Below are positions 1 through 9,100 of a DNA stretch of 33,304 nt, piece after piece. A program made the position numbers and the translations under genes. Source of the stretch: Bdellovibrionales bacterium (GTDB taxonomy: Bacteria > Bdellovibrionota > Bdellovibrionia > Bdellovibrionales > JAMPXM01); NCBI GenBank assembly GCA_043739185.1, contig JAYUEN010000417.1, positions 1 to 33,304 of the forward strand. The letters are read 5' to 3'. Below the pieces are notes generated by a model that was given only the letters and a program-made list of their open reading frames with translations, was not told the DNA's origin and made no database searches. Position 1 is the stretch's first letter. The number at the start of each line of letters is the position of its first letter.

Positions 1-470
1 GTGCAAGTAACCCGCAGCCCATTATAAGGAACAACATAAGCATGCTTGTCACCATCACCGTAAAAAATGGGCTGGGTGACATAGGCATATTTACGGGCCT
101 CATCTTGTTCGACAAAACCTGCATCTAAAATGGCTTGCATAAAAGCCTGCGCGCTGCCGTCACATATAGGAATTTCAGGCCCGCTCAATTCGATGAATAA
201 ATTATCAATTCGAAAGGCCGCCATTGTCGATAAACAATGCTCGACAGTTGATACCGAAAACTCTGGGCCACCCAGCGTAGTTGCCATTGAGGTGGCTTGC
301 ACATGCTGAGCATGAGTCGTTACCGCGGGCGAGCCAGGAAGATCGGTTCGAACAAAGTAAATTCCGGTATTGACCGGGGCTGGACGAAAGATAAGAGAGG
401 CTGGTTTTCCGGTATGAAGACCTATTCCCTCTACTTTTACTCGTTTTCTGATAGTGCGTTGTAGAAACAT
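1..470 (-). CDS. lpxC: UDP-3-O-acyl-N-acetylglucosamine deacetylase (5' part; runs off the window edge)
   Basis: Not in the ORF track. Manual translation from ATG at 470 gives MFLQRTIRKRVKVEGIGLHTGKPASLIFRPAPVNTGIYFVRTDL...STVEHCLSTMAAFRIDNLFIELSGPEIPICDGSA, with the LpxC motifs QRT, GxGLHTG, TVEH, IDN and PxxDGSA. Confidence 0.96.
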   Translation of the reverse strand, partial: MFLQRTIRKRVKVEGIGLHTGKPASLIFRPAPVNTGIYFVRTDLPGSPAVTTHAQHVQATSMATTLGGPEFSVSTVEHCLSTMAAFRIDNLFIELSGPEIPICDGSAQAFMQAILDAGFVEQDEARKYAYVTQPIFYGDGDKHAYVVPYNGLRVTC

Positions 471-483
471 ATTTTATTTAATA

Positions 484-501
484 TAGCAATTAGAGTACCA
501 A
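484..501 (-). promoter_or_regulatory. Putative sigma54 (-24/-12) promoter for lpxC
   Basis: Minus strand reads TTGGTACTCTAATTGCTA = TGGYAC-N5-TTGCW with exact GG-N10-GC spacing; the GC lies 15 nt upstream of the lpxC ATG. Confidence 0.6.
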
Positions 502-626
502 AGATATTAAAAACCAAAGCACTGAAATTATTGGATTATACTTGGGGAGAGAGTACACAAATTTTTGAAGTCTGCAACTGCGAAGCTGAAAGTACACAGG
601 ATGTCTTTTTTATTACTCAGTTACCT

Positions 627-650
627 TAATCAGCAATCTAATCAGCAATC
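627..650 (+). repeat. Perfect 12-bp tandem duplication TAATCAGCAATC x2
   Basis: Directly visible at 627-638 and 639-650. Confidence 0.85.
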
Positions 651-745
651 CGTTTGCTGGCAGCGGTCAGCCGTTTGCGGTTTTTCTGTTTCAGTTTCTG
701 TTGGCGGGAACAGTTTCGGTGGCCAGATGGCTGGGTGCCGGGCCG
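651..745 (+). repeat. Degenerate GC-rich array with CNG every 6-7 nt (copy A)
   Basis: tttgcgg-tttttctg-tttcag-tttctg-ttggcgg-gaacag-tttcgg-tggccag-atggctg-ggtgccg; same word set as 13990-14170 and 23940-24027. Confidence 0.45.
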
Positions 746-822
746 TGATCGACTTTACTATCCTAATGTCGAGTGCCGGAATGCTGGTTTGATCTCATCT
801 TTGATTTTGCCGATAACAGAGG

Positions 823-1095
823 GTGCAGCGCAAATTTAATGTTCTTCTTTTAATATTCATTCTGGTTTTCAATCTGCTTGCTTGCGCTAGCCATCCTACT
901 TCTCGATTTGGATCCGAACCCAATCTCGATTCACGGGCAGAAGGGGCTGCTTATGCTGCTGAAGGATTTACTTTTTCAAAAAATATGCCCTTGCACGATC
1001 GCTCGCCTTTTGAGTTCTATTTCAGAACTTGCACACACGACGACGGTAAAACCTACTACTCAAAGACTTCGTATGATTGCACGATGATTCCTTAA
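823..1095 (+). CDS. Small putative lipoprotein of unknown function
   Basis: GTG start preceded by AGAGG; basic N-terminus, hydrophobic stretch and lipobox LLAC; ends 7 nt before the convergent ruvB stop. Confidence 0.7.
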   Translation: MQRKFNVLLLIFILVFNLLACASHPTSRFGSEPNLDSRAEGAAYAAEGFTFSKNMPLHDRSPFEFYFRTCTHDDGKTYYSKTSYDCTMIP

Positions 1096-1102
1096 GAGGC
1101 CA

Positions 1103-2131
1103 TTAAACATCAATTGGTCTGAGTGAAAAAGGCTCAGCGGAGGCTTGGATTCCGAGATGTGCGCGTGCAATTTCTGTGATGATCCGGCCACGAGGCGTTT
1201 TCTGTATTAAACCTTCTTGAAGCAAAAATGGCTCATATACTTCTTCAATCGTATCACGCTCTTCGCTTAGTGCTGCCGCAATGGTTTCAATGCCAACAGG
1301 ACCGCCAGCAAATTTTTCAACAATGAGAGCGAGAATTTTACGATCCATTTCATCCAAACCTAAAATGTCTACCTCGAGTTGATTAAGAGCATAGGCCGCA
1401 AGTTCAATACTTATTTTACCATCACCTTTTACCTGGGCATAATCGCGCACCCTTTTTAAGAGACGGTTCGCAATACGTGGAGTGCCTCGGCACCTTCTTG
1501 CTATTTCAAGCGCTCCCTCAGGAGAAATTTCAATCTCTAAAAGCGCAGCCGATCTGGTGAGAATTTGCACCAATGATTTGCGATCATAAAAATTGAGCGC
1601 CTCAGGAATTCCGAAGCGCGAACGCAAGGGCGAGGTGAGAAGACCAGAGCGCGTGGTTGCCCCGATTAGCGTAAAGGGCGAGAGTTGAAAGCGCATACTG
1701 CGAGCACCCATGCCGTCACCCATGACAATATCAATACAAAAATCATCCATGGCAGAATAAATATATTCTTCGACCACTTTATTGAGACGATGAATTTCAT
1801 CTATAAATAAAATCGAGTTAGGCTGCAGACTAGTCAAAACCGCAGCAATATCACCTTTTTTTTCTAGTGCTGGGCCGGAGGTTACTTTAAAGTCGACACC
1901 CATAGAGCCCGCGATGATGCCTGCCAGAGTGGTTTTGCCAAGACCTGGCGGTCCGCTTAGTAAGATATGATCGAGCGGCTCGTTGCGTTTTTTTGCGGCC
2001 TCGATGAATACCTTTAGTTTTTCCTTGACCTTGTCTTGCCCCGGAAAATCCTCAAATGTTTTGGGGCGCAAAACATTTTCCCAATTTCCTTCGGTTGTTT
2101 CGATCTCAGAATTTACCATGCGCTCTTGCAT
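1103..2131 (-). CDS. ruvB: Holliday junction branch migration helicase RuvB
   Basis: LRPKTF, Walker A GPPGLGKTT, FIDEIHRL, GATTRSG, RGTPRIANRLL, YEPFLLQEG..KTPRGR; GAGG SD upstream. Confidence 0.98.
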   Translation of the reverse strand: MQERMVNSEIETTEGNWENVLRPKTFEDFPGQDKVKEKLKVFIEAAKKRNEPLDHILLSGPPGLGKTTLAGIIAGSMGVDFKVTSGPALEKKGDIAAVLTSLQPNSILFIDEIHRLNKVVEEYIYSAMDDFCIDIVMGDGMGARSMRFQLSPFTLIGATTRSGLLTSPLRSRFGIPEALNFYDRKSLVQILTRSAALLEIEISPEGALEIARRCRGTPRIANRLLKRVRDYAQVKGDGKISIELAAYALNQLEVDILGLDEMDRKILALIVEKFAGGPVGIETIAAALSEERDTIEEVYEPFLLQEGLIQKTPRGRIITEIARAHLGIQASAEPFSLRPIDV

Positions 2132-2157
2132 CTCTTACCTCATCACTTTAAAATAAA

Positions 2158-2745
2158 TTAAGCTTGTCCAGAAAGTGCGGCCAAACCTTTTCTTAAGCCC
2201 TCTTCAATACCCATTTCTCGCGGTAATGTAGCCACCACTCTTTCAACCTCAGGCAGACGATACCCAAGATTCACAAGCGCTGAAACCAATTCGGATTTAG
2301 CAGCCATTGGTGCTTTAAACAGACTCGTTTCAGTTTCATCATCGTCAAAACTCAACTTTCCCTTTAAACTCAAAATTAGTTGTTCGGCGGTTTTTTTTCC
2401 TACTTTGGGAATCGACGAAATTGCCTTAACATCTCCGGCCTCAATCATCTGCAGGAGCTGATCCAAACTTGAACCGGAAAGAATTTTCAAGGCGAGTTTT
2501 GGCCCCACTCCATTGACTTTTAAAAGTGTTAAGAAAATGCGCTTCTCGAGGGCTGAACTAAAACCAAAAAGTATCAATGCGTCTTCGCGCATATGGGTGT
2601 GAACAAAAACTTTCGCGTCTTGATTCAGGCTTAAATTTGCAATTGTATTAGCCGAACAATTCAATTCATATCCGACACCATTCACATCAAAAATGATTTG
2701 TTCGGTGGTTTTTTCTAAAAGTTTTCCGCGCAATTGACCAATCAC
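2158..2745 (-). CDS. ruvA: Holliday junction branch migration protein RuvA
   Basis: MIGQLRGK..DVNGVGYE, REDA..LFGF, HhH motifs VNGVGPKLAL and IPKVGKKTAE, C-terminal ALVNLGY; lies between ruvC and ruvB. Confidence 0.97.
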   Translation of the reverse strand: MIGQLRGKLLEKTTEQIIFDVNGVGYELNCSANTIANLSLNQDAKVFVHTHMREDALILFGFSSALEKRIFLTLLKVNGVGPKLALKILSGSSLDQLLQMIEAGDVKAISSIPKVGKKTAEQLILSLKGKLSFDDDETETSLFKAPMAAKSELVSALVNLGYRLPEVERVVATLPREMGIEEGLRKGLAALSGQA

Positions 2746-3293
2746 ATTTGCTCCTTAGTCGCTAATTTATTTGACTGCTGCGTTTGCTGTTTAAGTCGCT
2801 TTTGAAACTCCAAATGACGAGCATGATAAAATGCCAATGCCAACGCATCTGAAGCGTCGAGCTTCAAGGCTTGATTGGCACGTATTTCAAGAGCGGCATA
2901 TAACATCATTTGAACCTGCTCTTTACTTGAAGCACCACTTCCGGTAATACCTTTTTTGATTGATCTGGCGGCATACTCTACCACTTCACACTTAGCTTTT
3001 AATGCTTCAAAAAGGCAAATTCCACGCATATGCCCGAGTTTAAATGCTGAATCCGCATTTTTACCAAGAAATATTTTTTCAACTACACTTGTATCGGGCT
3101 TAATTCTTTCAACCAAATTCGCAACTTCACGTCCGATAATTTCAATTCTGCTCAAAAAGCCCAAACTTGAAGGCGCAGATAACACCCCATGCTCAATATA
3201 TTTGAGCTTACTATTCTCAAAGGCAATAACCCCAAAACCAGTATGATGGCTGCCGGGATCGAGTCCTAAAATGATTTTAGAAGTATTTTGCAT
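2742..3293 (-). CDS. ruvC: Crossover junction endodeoxyribonuclease RuvC
   Basis: ILGLDPGS..TGFGVI, VEKIF, KLGHMRG, IKKGITGSG.SSKEQV, DASDALALA. Start moved to ATG 3293 because the ORF-track start at 3338 lies inside the MITE. Confidence 0.96.
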   Translation of the reverse strand: MQNTSKIILGLDPGSHHTGFGVIAFENSKLKYIEHGVLSAPSSLGFLSRIEIIGREVANLVERIKPDTSVVEKIFLGKNADSAFKLGHMRGICLFEALKAKCEVVEYAARSIKKGITGSGASSKEQVQMMLYAALEIRANQALKLDASDALALAFYHARHLEFQKRLKQQTQQSNKLATKEQM

Positions 3294-3326
3294 TTGGATT
3301 CTTTCATACAAACGCGGCGCCCTTAA

Positions 3327-3490
3327 GGGCTCGTTCAATAATAACTACTCGCTTTTTGCTTGGTATTTTGCGACATTTCTTCGTTGGTCGTCCTCTCGTT
3401 TGCGCCTCCGGCAAGCGATTCGTCCTCCCGCCTCGAACTGACGCAAAATCCCCAACGCAAAAGAACGAGTATTTATTATTGGACGAGCCC
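3327..3490. mobile_element. 164-bp palindromic MITE-like element, copy 1, flanked by a TAA direct repeat
   Basis: TIR GGGCTCGTTCAATAATAA...TTATTATTGGACGAGCCC, with imperfect pairing continuing about 55 bp inward; TAA at 3324-3326 and 3491-3493; homologous copy at 22085-22246. Confidence 0.85.
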
Positions 3491-3547
3491 TAAGCCTTGG
3501 CAAGCAAGAATTTGAAATTTTCAAGGCTTTGTGCAAGAGTTAAGACT

Positions 3548-4336
3548 ATGAGCATTAGCCAAGAATTTATTGAACGCTACCAAAACGAGTACGAAAAAAA
3601 TCCGAACTCGAGGCTTTTTGCTCCTTTAGCTGAAGCATACCGCCGGATTGGCCGCCTAGCTGAAGCCCAAGAACTCTGTAAGAGAGGCACCCAAATTCAC
3701 GCTAATTTTGCCAGCGGTAGACTCGCATATGCGAAAGTCCTTTTGGATTTAGATATCCCTGAAGAAGCATATTTGCAGCTTAAAAAGGCAACTGAATTAT
3801 CACCTGATAATATTTTGGCTTTTCATCTTTTAGGTGAGGTCTGCCTTAAACTTAAGCGTCCAAGAGAAGCCCTTCAAGCTTTTAAGATGTTACTATTTTT
3901 ACACCCCGAAGATGATCGAGCGCAAAAGGCAGTAAAGAAGTGGGAGTTTTTGGGAGCTCAAGACTTTCCTGAGGAAAGCTTTGCAACTGAAGAAATTAAT
4001 AAATCAGCTGGCGATCAAGCCGCGAAACCAAACCCCGTACCCGGAAAAAAATGGTCTCACCAAAGAGAACTCGATCATGCGATTTCGCTAGCTGATGCGC
4101 TTACCATTCGCAACGATATTGAACGCGCCCTTGAGGTCTTAATTGATGCCCAATTGCGCTTAGGACAGGCAGAAGAAATTGAAAAGCGACTTAAAATCCT
4201 AAAACGCAGAACTCAAGCCTATGCAGAGCAAAGTTTGCCGGACAAAAACCAAGAGTTTGAGGCCAACTTAAAACCCAAAATGAGAAGACAAAAGCTCGAA
4301 ATGCTTCTGCGGCGTATTAATGAGAAGCACTCTTAA
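3548..4336 (+). CDS. Tetratricopeptide-repeat protein
   Basis: NPNSRLFAPLAEAYRRIG..., ATELSPDNILAFHLLGEV..., ALQAFKMLLFLHPED are TPR-like helix pairs; ATG 3548 preferred over the upstream TTG. Confidence 0.85.
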   Translation: MSISQEFIERYQNEYEKNPNSRLFAPLAEAYRRIGRLAEAQELCKRGTQIHANFASGRLAYAKVLLDLDIPEEAYLQLKKATELSPDNILAFHLLGEVCLKLKRPREALQAFKMLLFLHPEDDRAQKAVKKWEFLGAQDFPEESFATEEINKSAGDQAAKPNPVPGKKWSHQRELDHAISLADALTIRNDIERALEVLIDAQLRLGQAEEIEKRLKILKRRTQAYAEQSLPDKNQEFEANLKPKMRRQKLEMLLRRINEKHS

Positions 4337-4368
4337 GCACGCGCTTAGAGCCCCTAACTCCTTTCAAG

Positions 4369-4398
4369 TTGACGAAGCTTGCAAAATTATCTGATAAT
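4369..4398 (+). promoter_or_regulatory. Possible sigma70 promoter for efp
   Basis: TTGACG-18 nt-GATAAT about 55 nt upstream of the efp ATG; AGAGGA SD before the ATG. Confidence 0.3.
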
Positions 4399-4454
4399 CC
4401 TATTTTTGCGATTAAATTCGCAAAAGATTCTATCAAAATTGACAAAGAGGATTT

Positions 4455-5018
4455 ATGTACCAACTGACTGATTTCAAAAGAGGCCTTAAAATTATGGTTG
4501 AAGGACAACCATTTGCAATTGTTGACTTTCAACACGTAAAACCAGGTAAGGGCAATCAATTCACGCGCACCAAATTGCGCAATCTTTTGACTGGATCAAA
4601 TCTTGAACGCACTTTTAAATCAGGTGAGAAGTTTGATGTTCCAGATGTCAATACCCAGGACATGACATTCTTATACAAAGACGATAGCGGCTACAATTTC
4701 ATGAATCAGACAAATTATGAGCAAATTTGCGTTACCGAAGATGATATTGGAGACGCAAAAAACTACTTAATTGAAAATCTACAGTGCGTTGTTATGAACT
4801 ATAACGGCAAACCTATAGGAATTGATTGCCCCAATTCGGTTGCATTAAAAGTGGTTAAGACCGACCCCAACTTTAAAGGCAATACTGTGACTGGCGCAAC
4901 CAAGCCAGCGGTGCTTGAAACTGGGCATACAGTGAATGTACCAATGCATATCAATGAGGGCGATGTTTTGAAAGTCGATACCCGAACTGGTGAATATGTT
5001 GAGCGTGTAAGTAAATAG
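4455..5018 (+). CDS. efp: Elongation factor P
   Basis: FQHVKPGKGNQFTRTKLRN, KPAVLETG, VPMHINEGD.LKVDTRTGEYVERV; 187 aa. Confidence 0.98.
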   Translation: MYQLTDFKRGLKIMVEGQPFAIVDFQHVKPGKGNQFTRTKLRNLLTGSNLERTFKSGEKFDVPDVNTQDMTFLYKDDSGYNFMNQTNYEQICVTEDDIGDAKNYLIENLQCVVMNYNGKPIGIDCPNSVALKVVKTDPNFKGNTVTGATKPAVLETGHTVNVPMHINEGDVLKVDTRTGEYVERVSK

Positions 5019-5127
5019 CTCGAGCTGATAATAATTCTCCTCAATTTTAATAAGTTACTACATAATCATGGCTTAGAGCGTATTTCTGGTCATAGGTGAG
5101 TTTTGGTTTAGCTTCTTTGGAGAATTT

Positions 5128-6174
5128 GTGAATTCAATCGAATTGAAAATTCGAGATTTTCTCAACGACAATAAAGATGTCACAGCAGCCGCCAATGCAC
5201 TTTCAAACTCTTGGAAGAAAAATTTATTCAATGCAAAAGAACAATATGTAGTTGCACAATTTTTTTTAAACGCCGGCCTTAAAAGCACATTGATCAAAGA
5301 AGTTCGAAAGCTCATCGAACATGAGCGCCATCTCCCGTGGGCGCAAATCTCTGAAATTTTAAATGACCTACAGACCATGCCAAATGCTGAAGAACAGAAG
5401 GCTATAGTTCAAGGCATTCGCGAACAAGAAGCGATGACTGAAGTTTTGCTTTCTCCAAAATCAGACAAACTAGCACCGCGAATTGAAAAGGCTCGAACCA
5501 TTTTAGAGACACAAGAATTTGAAAAACAAAATGAAGAGAAATTGGCGCTACGAGAGAAAATTGAATTCTTAAGATCGCAACGCATGATGGATGACGAGTC
5601 CAAAGCTCTCAAACAATATCACCTCACCTATCCCGACGATATGGACGCAAGCCTTGATCAAAAAGCATTTGATGAACGTTGGGCCAGGCACATAGTAGGA
5701 GAAAACATCGATCATCGCTCGCTGCAAACGGTGATCGAAGAGAAAGGCCCTCCCTTAAGCAAAGAGCAACAAGTCGTACGCAAGCTAATGGTTGCGAGAG
5801 CCAAAGATATTGTTAAAAAAATTCCTGAAAAAAATTATGACTTAGCCCTCACTCTTTCGTTTATGGATTTTTACGAGGATGCACTTGATATTTTGCGTAT
5901 GAGTGCGCGCTCCAATGATGCCGAATGGTTTGAATTGGAACTCCTTTTAAAAAGCCGGCGGTTTTTAGAGGCCCTTGAACTCAGTCAGCAACTTGAAATC
6001 AAATTCGTACAAGAACCTGAAAGTAGTTTTGCGGCCGTGTATGCAAGAGCGCGCGCGCTTTGGGGACTCGGTCAAAAACCTCAGGCAATCGAGTTTATGA
6101 AAAGTATTGTAAAAGTGAAAGCCAATTACAAAAATGCCACCTCTCTATTGAATCATTGGGTGGGACAATCTTAG
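5128..6174 (+). CDS. TPR-containing protein, probable Bd2492 (MglA-interacting, SgmX-related) orthologue
   Basis: Helical protein with C-terminal TPR-like AVYARARALWGLGQKPQAIEFMKSIVKVKANYKNA; lies between efp and tamB-Omp85 and abuts tamB (TAG ATG), matching the recalled B. bacteriovorus bd2492-bd2494-bd2495 arrangement. Confidence 0.7.
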   Translation: MNSIELKIRDFLNDNKDVTAAANALSNSWKKNLFNAKEQYVVAQFFLNAGLKSTLIKEVRKLIEHERHLPWAQISEILNDLQTMPNAEEQKAIVQGIREQEAMTEVLLSPKSDKLAPRIEKARTILETQEFEKQNEEKLALREKIEFLRSQRMMDDESKALKQYHLTYPDDMDASLDQKAFDERWARHIVGENIDHRSLQTVIEEKGPPLSKEQQVVRKLMVARAKDIVKKIPEKNYDLALTLSFMDFYEDALDILRMSARSNDAEWFELELLLKSRRFLEALELSQQLEIKFVQEPESSFAAVYARARALWGLGQKPQAIEFMKSIVKVKANYKNATSLLNHWVGQS

Positions 6175-9100
6175 ATGAAATCTCTACCTCGTAAATTTTG
6201 GATTGCCATTGCGCTTTTAGCGGGAACCGGCTTTTTATTTGGGGCGCTTGTGGGCTTTGGCGTACCAAAATTAAAAACTTATATTTTATTAAAAACCGAA
6301 AGTTTTTCTCAAGCAAGATTACCACTTCGAATTTTGCCTAAAAGCATTCAATTTCATCTCTTCCCAGTAGCCGTATCCTTTGGCACATTAAGAGTTGCTC
6401 CAAAAGAAGAATTGCAAAGCCTCATAGACCCATTTGAAATTGGTGAAGCTGAAGTTCAAATCAGTTTGTTGAAACTGCTCACCGGCAAATTGAAAATCAA
6501 TCGCCTCGCCATTCGAAAAACCAAACTTAAATTGCGCTTACCTGAATCAAAAAAAACCAAATCAAATAAACCTCTAGCCGGACTCTTCGCAGCACTTCAA
6601 AGTATTCCCTTACAAAATTTAGATATTGAAGACTCAGATATCAAAATTTACTTACCAAATCCTAAAACTGAAATCTCAATATCTGGACTTCTTTTAAATG
6701 CTGAAAAGTACAATGACGAAGTTGGGCTGCAAGTGAGTGCCGATTCAATTTACTTGAAGGATCTTGTGAGCAAGGCGGACTTAAGGATTGGCACGGATTG
6801 CAAGATATTTTTATCTCCAGATAAGATCATCATATCTCATTTCAATTTGGTGCGAGGCGACTCTCAATTTGTGATCAATGGCACTGCCCAAGGAGATATT
6901 GAGGCATTGCAGGTTCGAGAATATGATATGAAAGTGCACGGCAATTTTAACCTAGAATCAATGTCGACATGGGCAGCCAAAGCTCTTGGCAAATCGAACC
7001 AATTCCCGAAAATGAGTGGTGCTGCCGAACTCAGCGCAGACTTTAAACTAAGGCCTGGACAAACCGAAGAATATAAATTTAATTTAAAAACCGAGAACCT
7101 CAAATTGCGGGGGTATTATTTCGGTAGCGTTCAAGCCAAGGGAAGTCTCCTCAATAAAGAAGTTTCGATACCAAGTTTGTTAGTTAAAAATGATAGCTAC
7201 AAAGTCGAATTGCAAAATCTAAAGGTAAGCCTAAACGATCAAATTCGCATGACCGCAACGGCTAAGGTGAGTGAACTCTCAATCTTTGAGCTTTTTAAGA
7301 ATTTAGGTTTAAAAGAAATTCCACTTTGGTTAACTGCAAGCGGCGAACTCCCTTGCGAGGCTGAAATCAAACCAAGTTTTGCGCTTAAATGTGCCGGCTC
7401 GATTCAAGGAAATAATTTATTGCTAAGGCCCAACCTCAAGACCGATCGAACCATCGTTAAGCTGGCTAGCTTCAGTGCGACCGGAAGTTTGCAGGTCAAT
7501 ACCGAGGCAGTTTCCTTCGACGCACACTTAAGTATGCCGAATTCAAATGGTGCCACGCAAGGTCGTGTTTCGTACGACGATGGCTTTCATATTAAATATC
7601 AAGCTGATAAACTCGACTTTAAAGATGTCAGCAATCTTTCAGACCTCAAGATTGAAGGCAGCAGTCAAATCAACGGAGAAACCTCTGGCGATAGTTCTGC
7701 GGCTACCATGAGTCTACAAATGAGCGGAACGGATTTTTGGCTGAGTGATTTTTGGCTCGGAAGCGCTAAAACCAATCTCAGTTATGCTAAAGGCAAACTC
7801 AACTTTTCAAATATGTCCGGACATTACAACAAATCAAACTATCAAGCCGATGTTGTATTGAACCTTATTGAAAATCAAATTTCGGTTATGGGCCGCTCTC
7901 AAAAACTCGATGGCGCAGATCTTTTACAAATTTTTGGCCGAAAGGTAAAACTCCCATTTGCGGTGACCGGAACCGGAAGTCTTCAAGCGAAGGTTTGGGG
8001 ACCGCTGCAATTCAATGCCCTCAGTTATGATATCAAATCTCAAATTTCAAGAGGTAGCATTTGGCGTGAACCTTTTGAGCAATTTCTTTTTGATTTGCAT
8101 TCACGAGATGGTGAGGTTGAAACTGATCGCGTACAACTTGTGCGCGGCGGGCAAATCATAAATCTCTCAGGCGTTGGTCATCCCGATGGCAATATTAATG
8201 TGAGTGCCCATGCCCAAAACATAAAACTTGAAGAATCACCCAACTTTGAGGATTTTGGTTTGAGTATTACCAGCTTAGCTGAATTTGATTTGAAACTTGA
8301 AGGCTATGTTTTAAAACCAGACGCCGATCTATTCGGAAAGCTTTCTAAAACATCGGTTGCAGATCAACCCGCCGGAGACTCAGACTTTCATATTAAGTTT
8401 CGTGAAAATACCATTGAAACACAAGGGCATTTTCTAAGCGATACGGTGCTGACGGATCTAATCATTCCACTCAATGCGAATGCGCCATTTGCACTTAAAC
8501 TTAAAACCAAAGAATGGAATTTCGCGCCGCTATTTGCGTCGCTGAAGGCTGTCAGCGCGAAGCGAGATTTTGATTCAAGACTAACTTCAGAAGTAAACTT
8601 AACCGCTCCAAACGGCGGAATTTGGAATTCATCGGGTAAAATTGGCGTACAAAAATTTGAGCTCAAGCGCGGAGCTCTCTCAATGTTTGCCCCGAAAGAT
8701 GTTAAAATCAAAGTGAACGAAGGCCAATTTCGAATCGAGAACTTTAACTTGGCAGGACAAAATACCAGTCTCAAAATATCAGATGCCACCCCTCCCACGG
8801 ATAAAATTGATTGGCAAATCAATGGCAAATTGGATATGAGCCTGATCTCACTCTTGCTTCCATTTTTTGAAGAACTTAGAGGAGAACTTTCGTTTGCCTG
8901 TAATATCAAAGCGAATCCTTCTCGCGTCGACTTACTAGGTTCAGCTTACATTGATCATGGCTTTTTGAAACTCTTTGATTTTGTTCATCCCTTTGACGAA
9001 ATCAAAGCGGATATTTTATTCAATAAGAAAAAGGTTCTGATCAATTCAATTAAAGGAGACTTTGCTGGCGGCCAAATCACTGGTGACGGAAATTTAGAAT

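Noticed and set aside
565..839. ORFs 565-792 and 654-839
   Set aside because: TTG starts, low-complexity translations over repeat DNA, no SD or recognisable motif.
3345..3536. 63-aa minus-strand ORF and the ruvC N-terminal extension to 3338
   Set aside because: Both derive from the MITE sequence; RuvC homology begins after ATG 3293.
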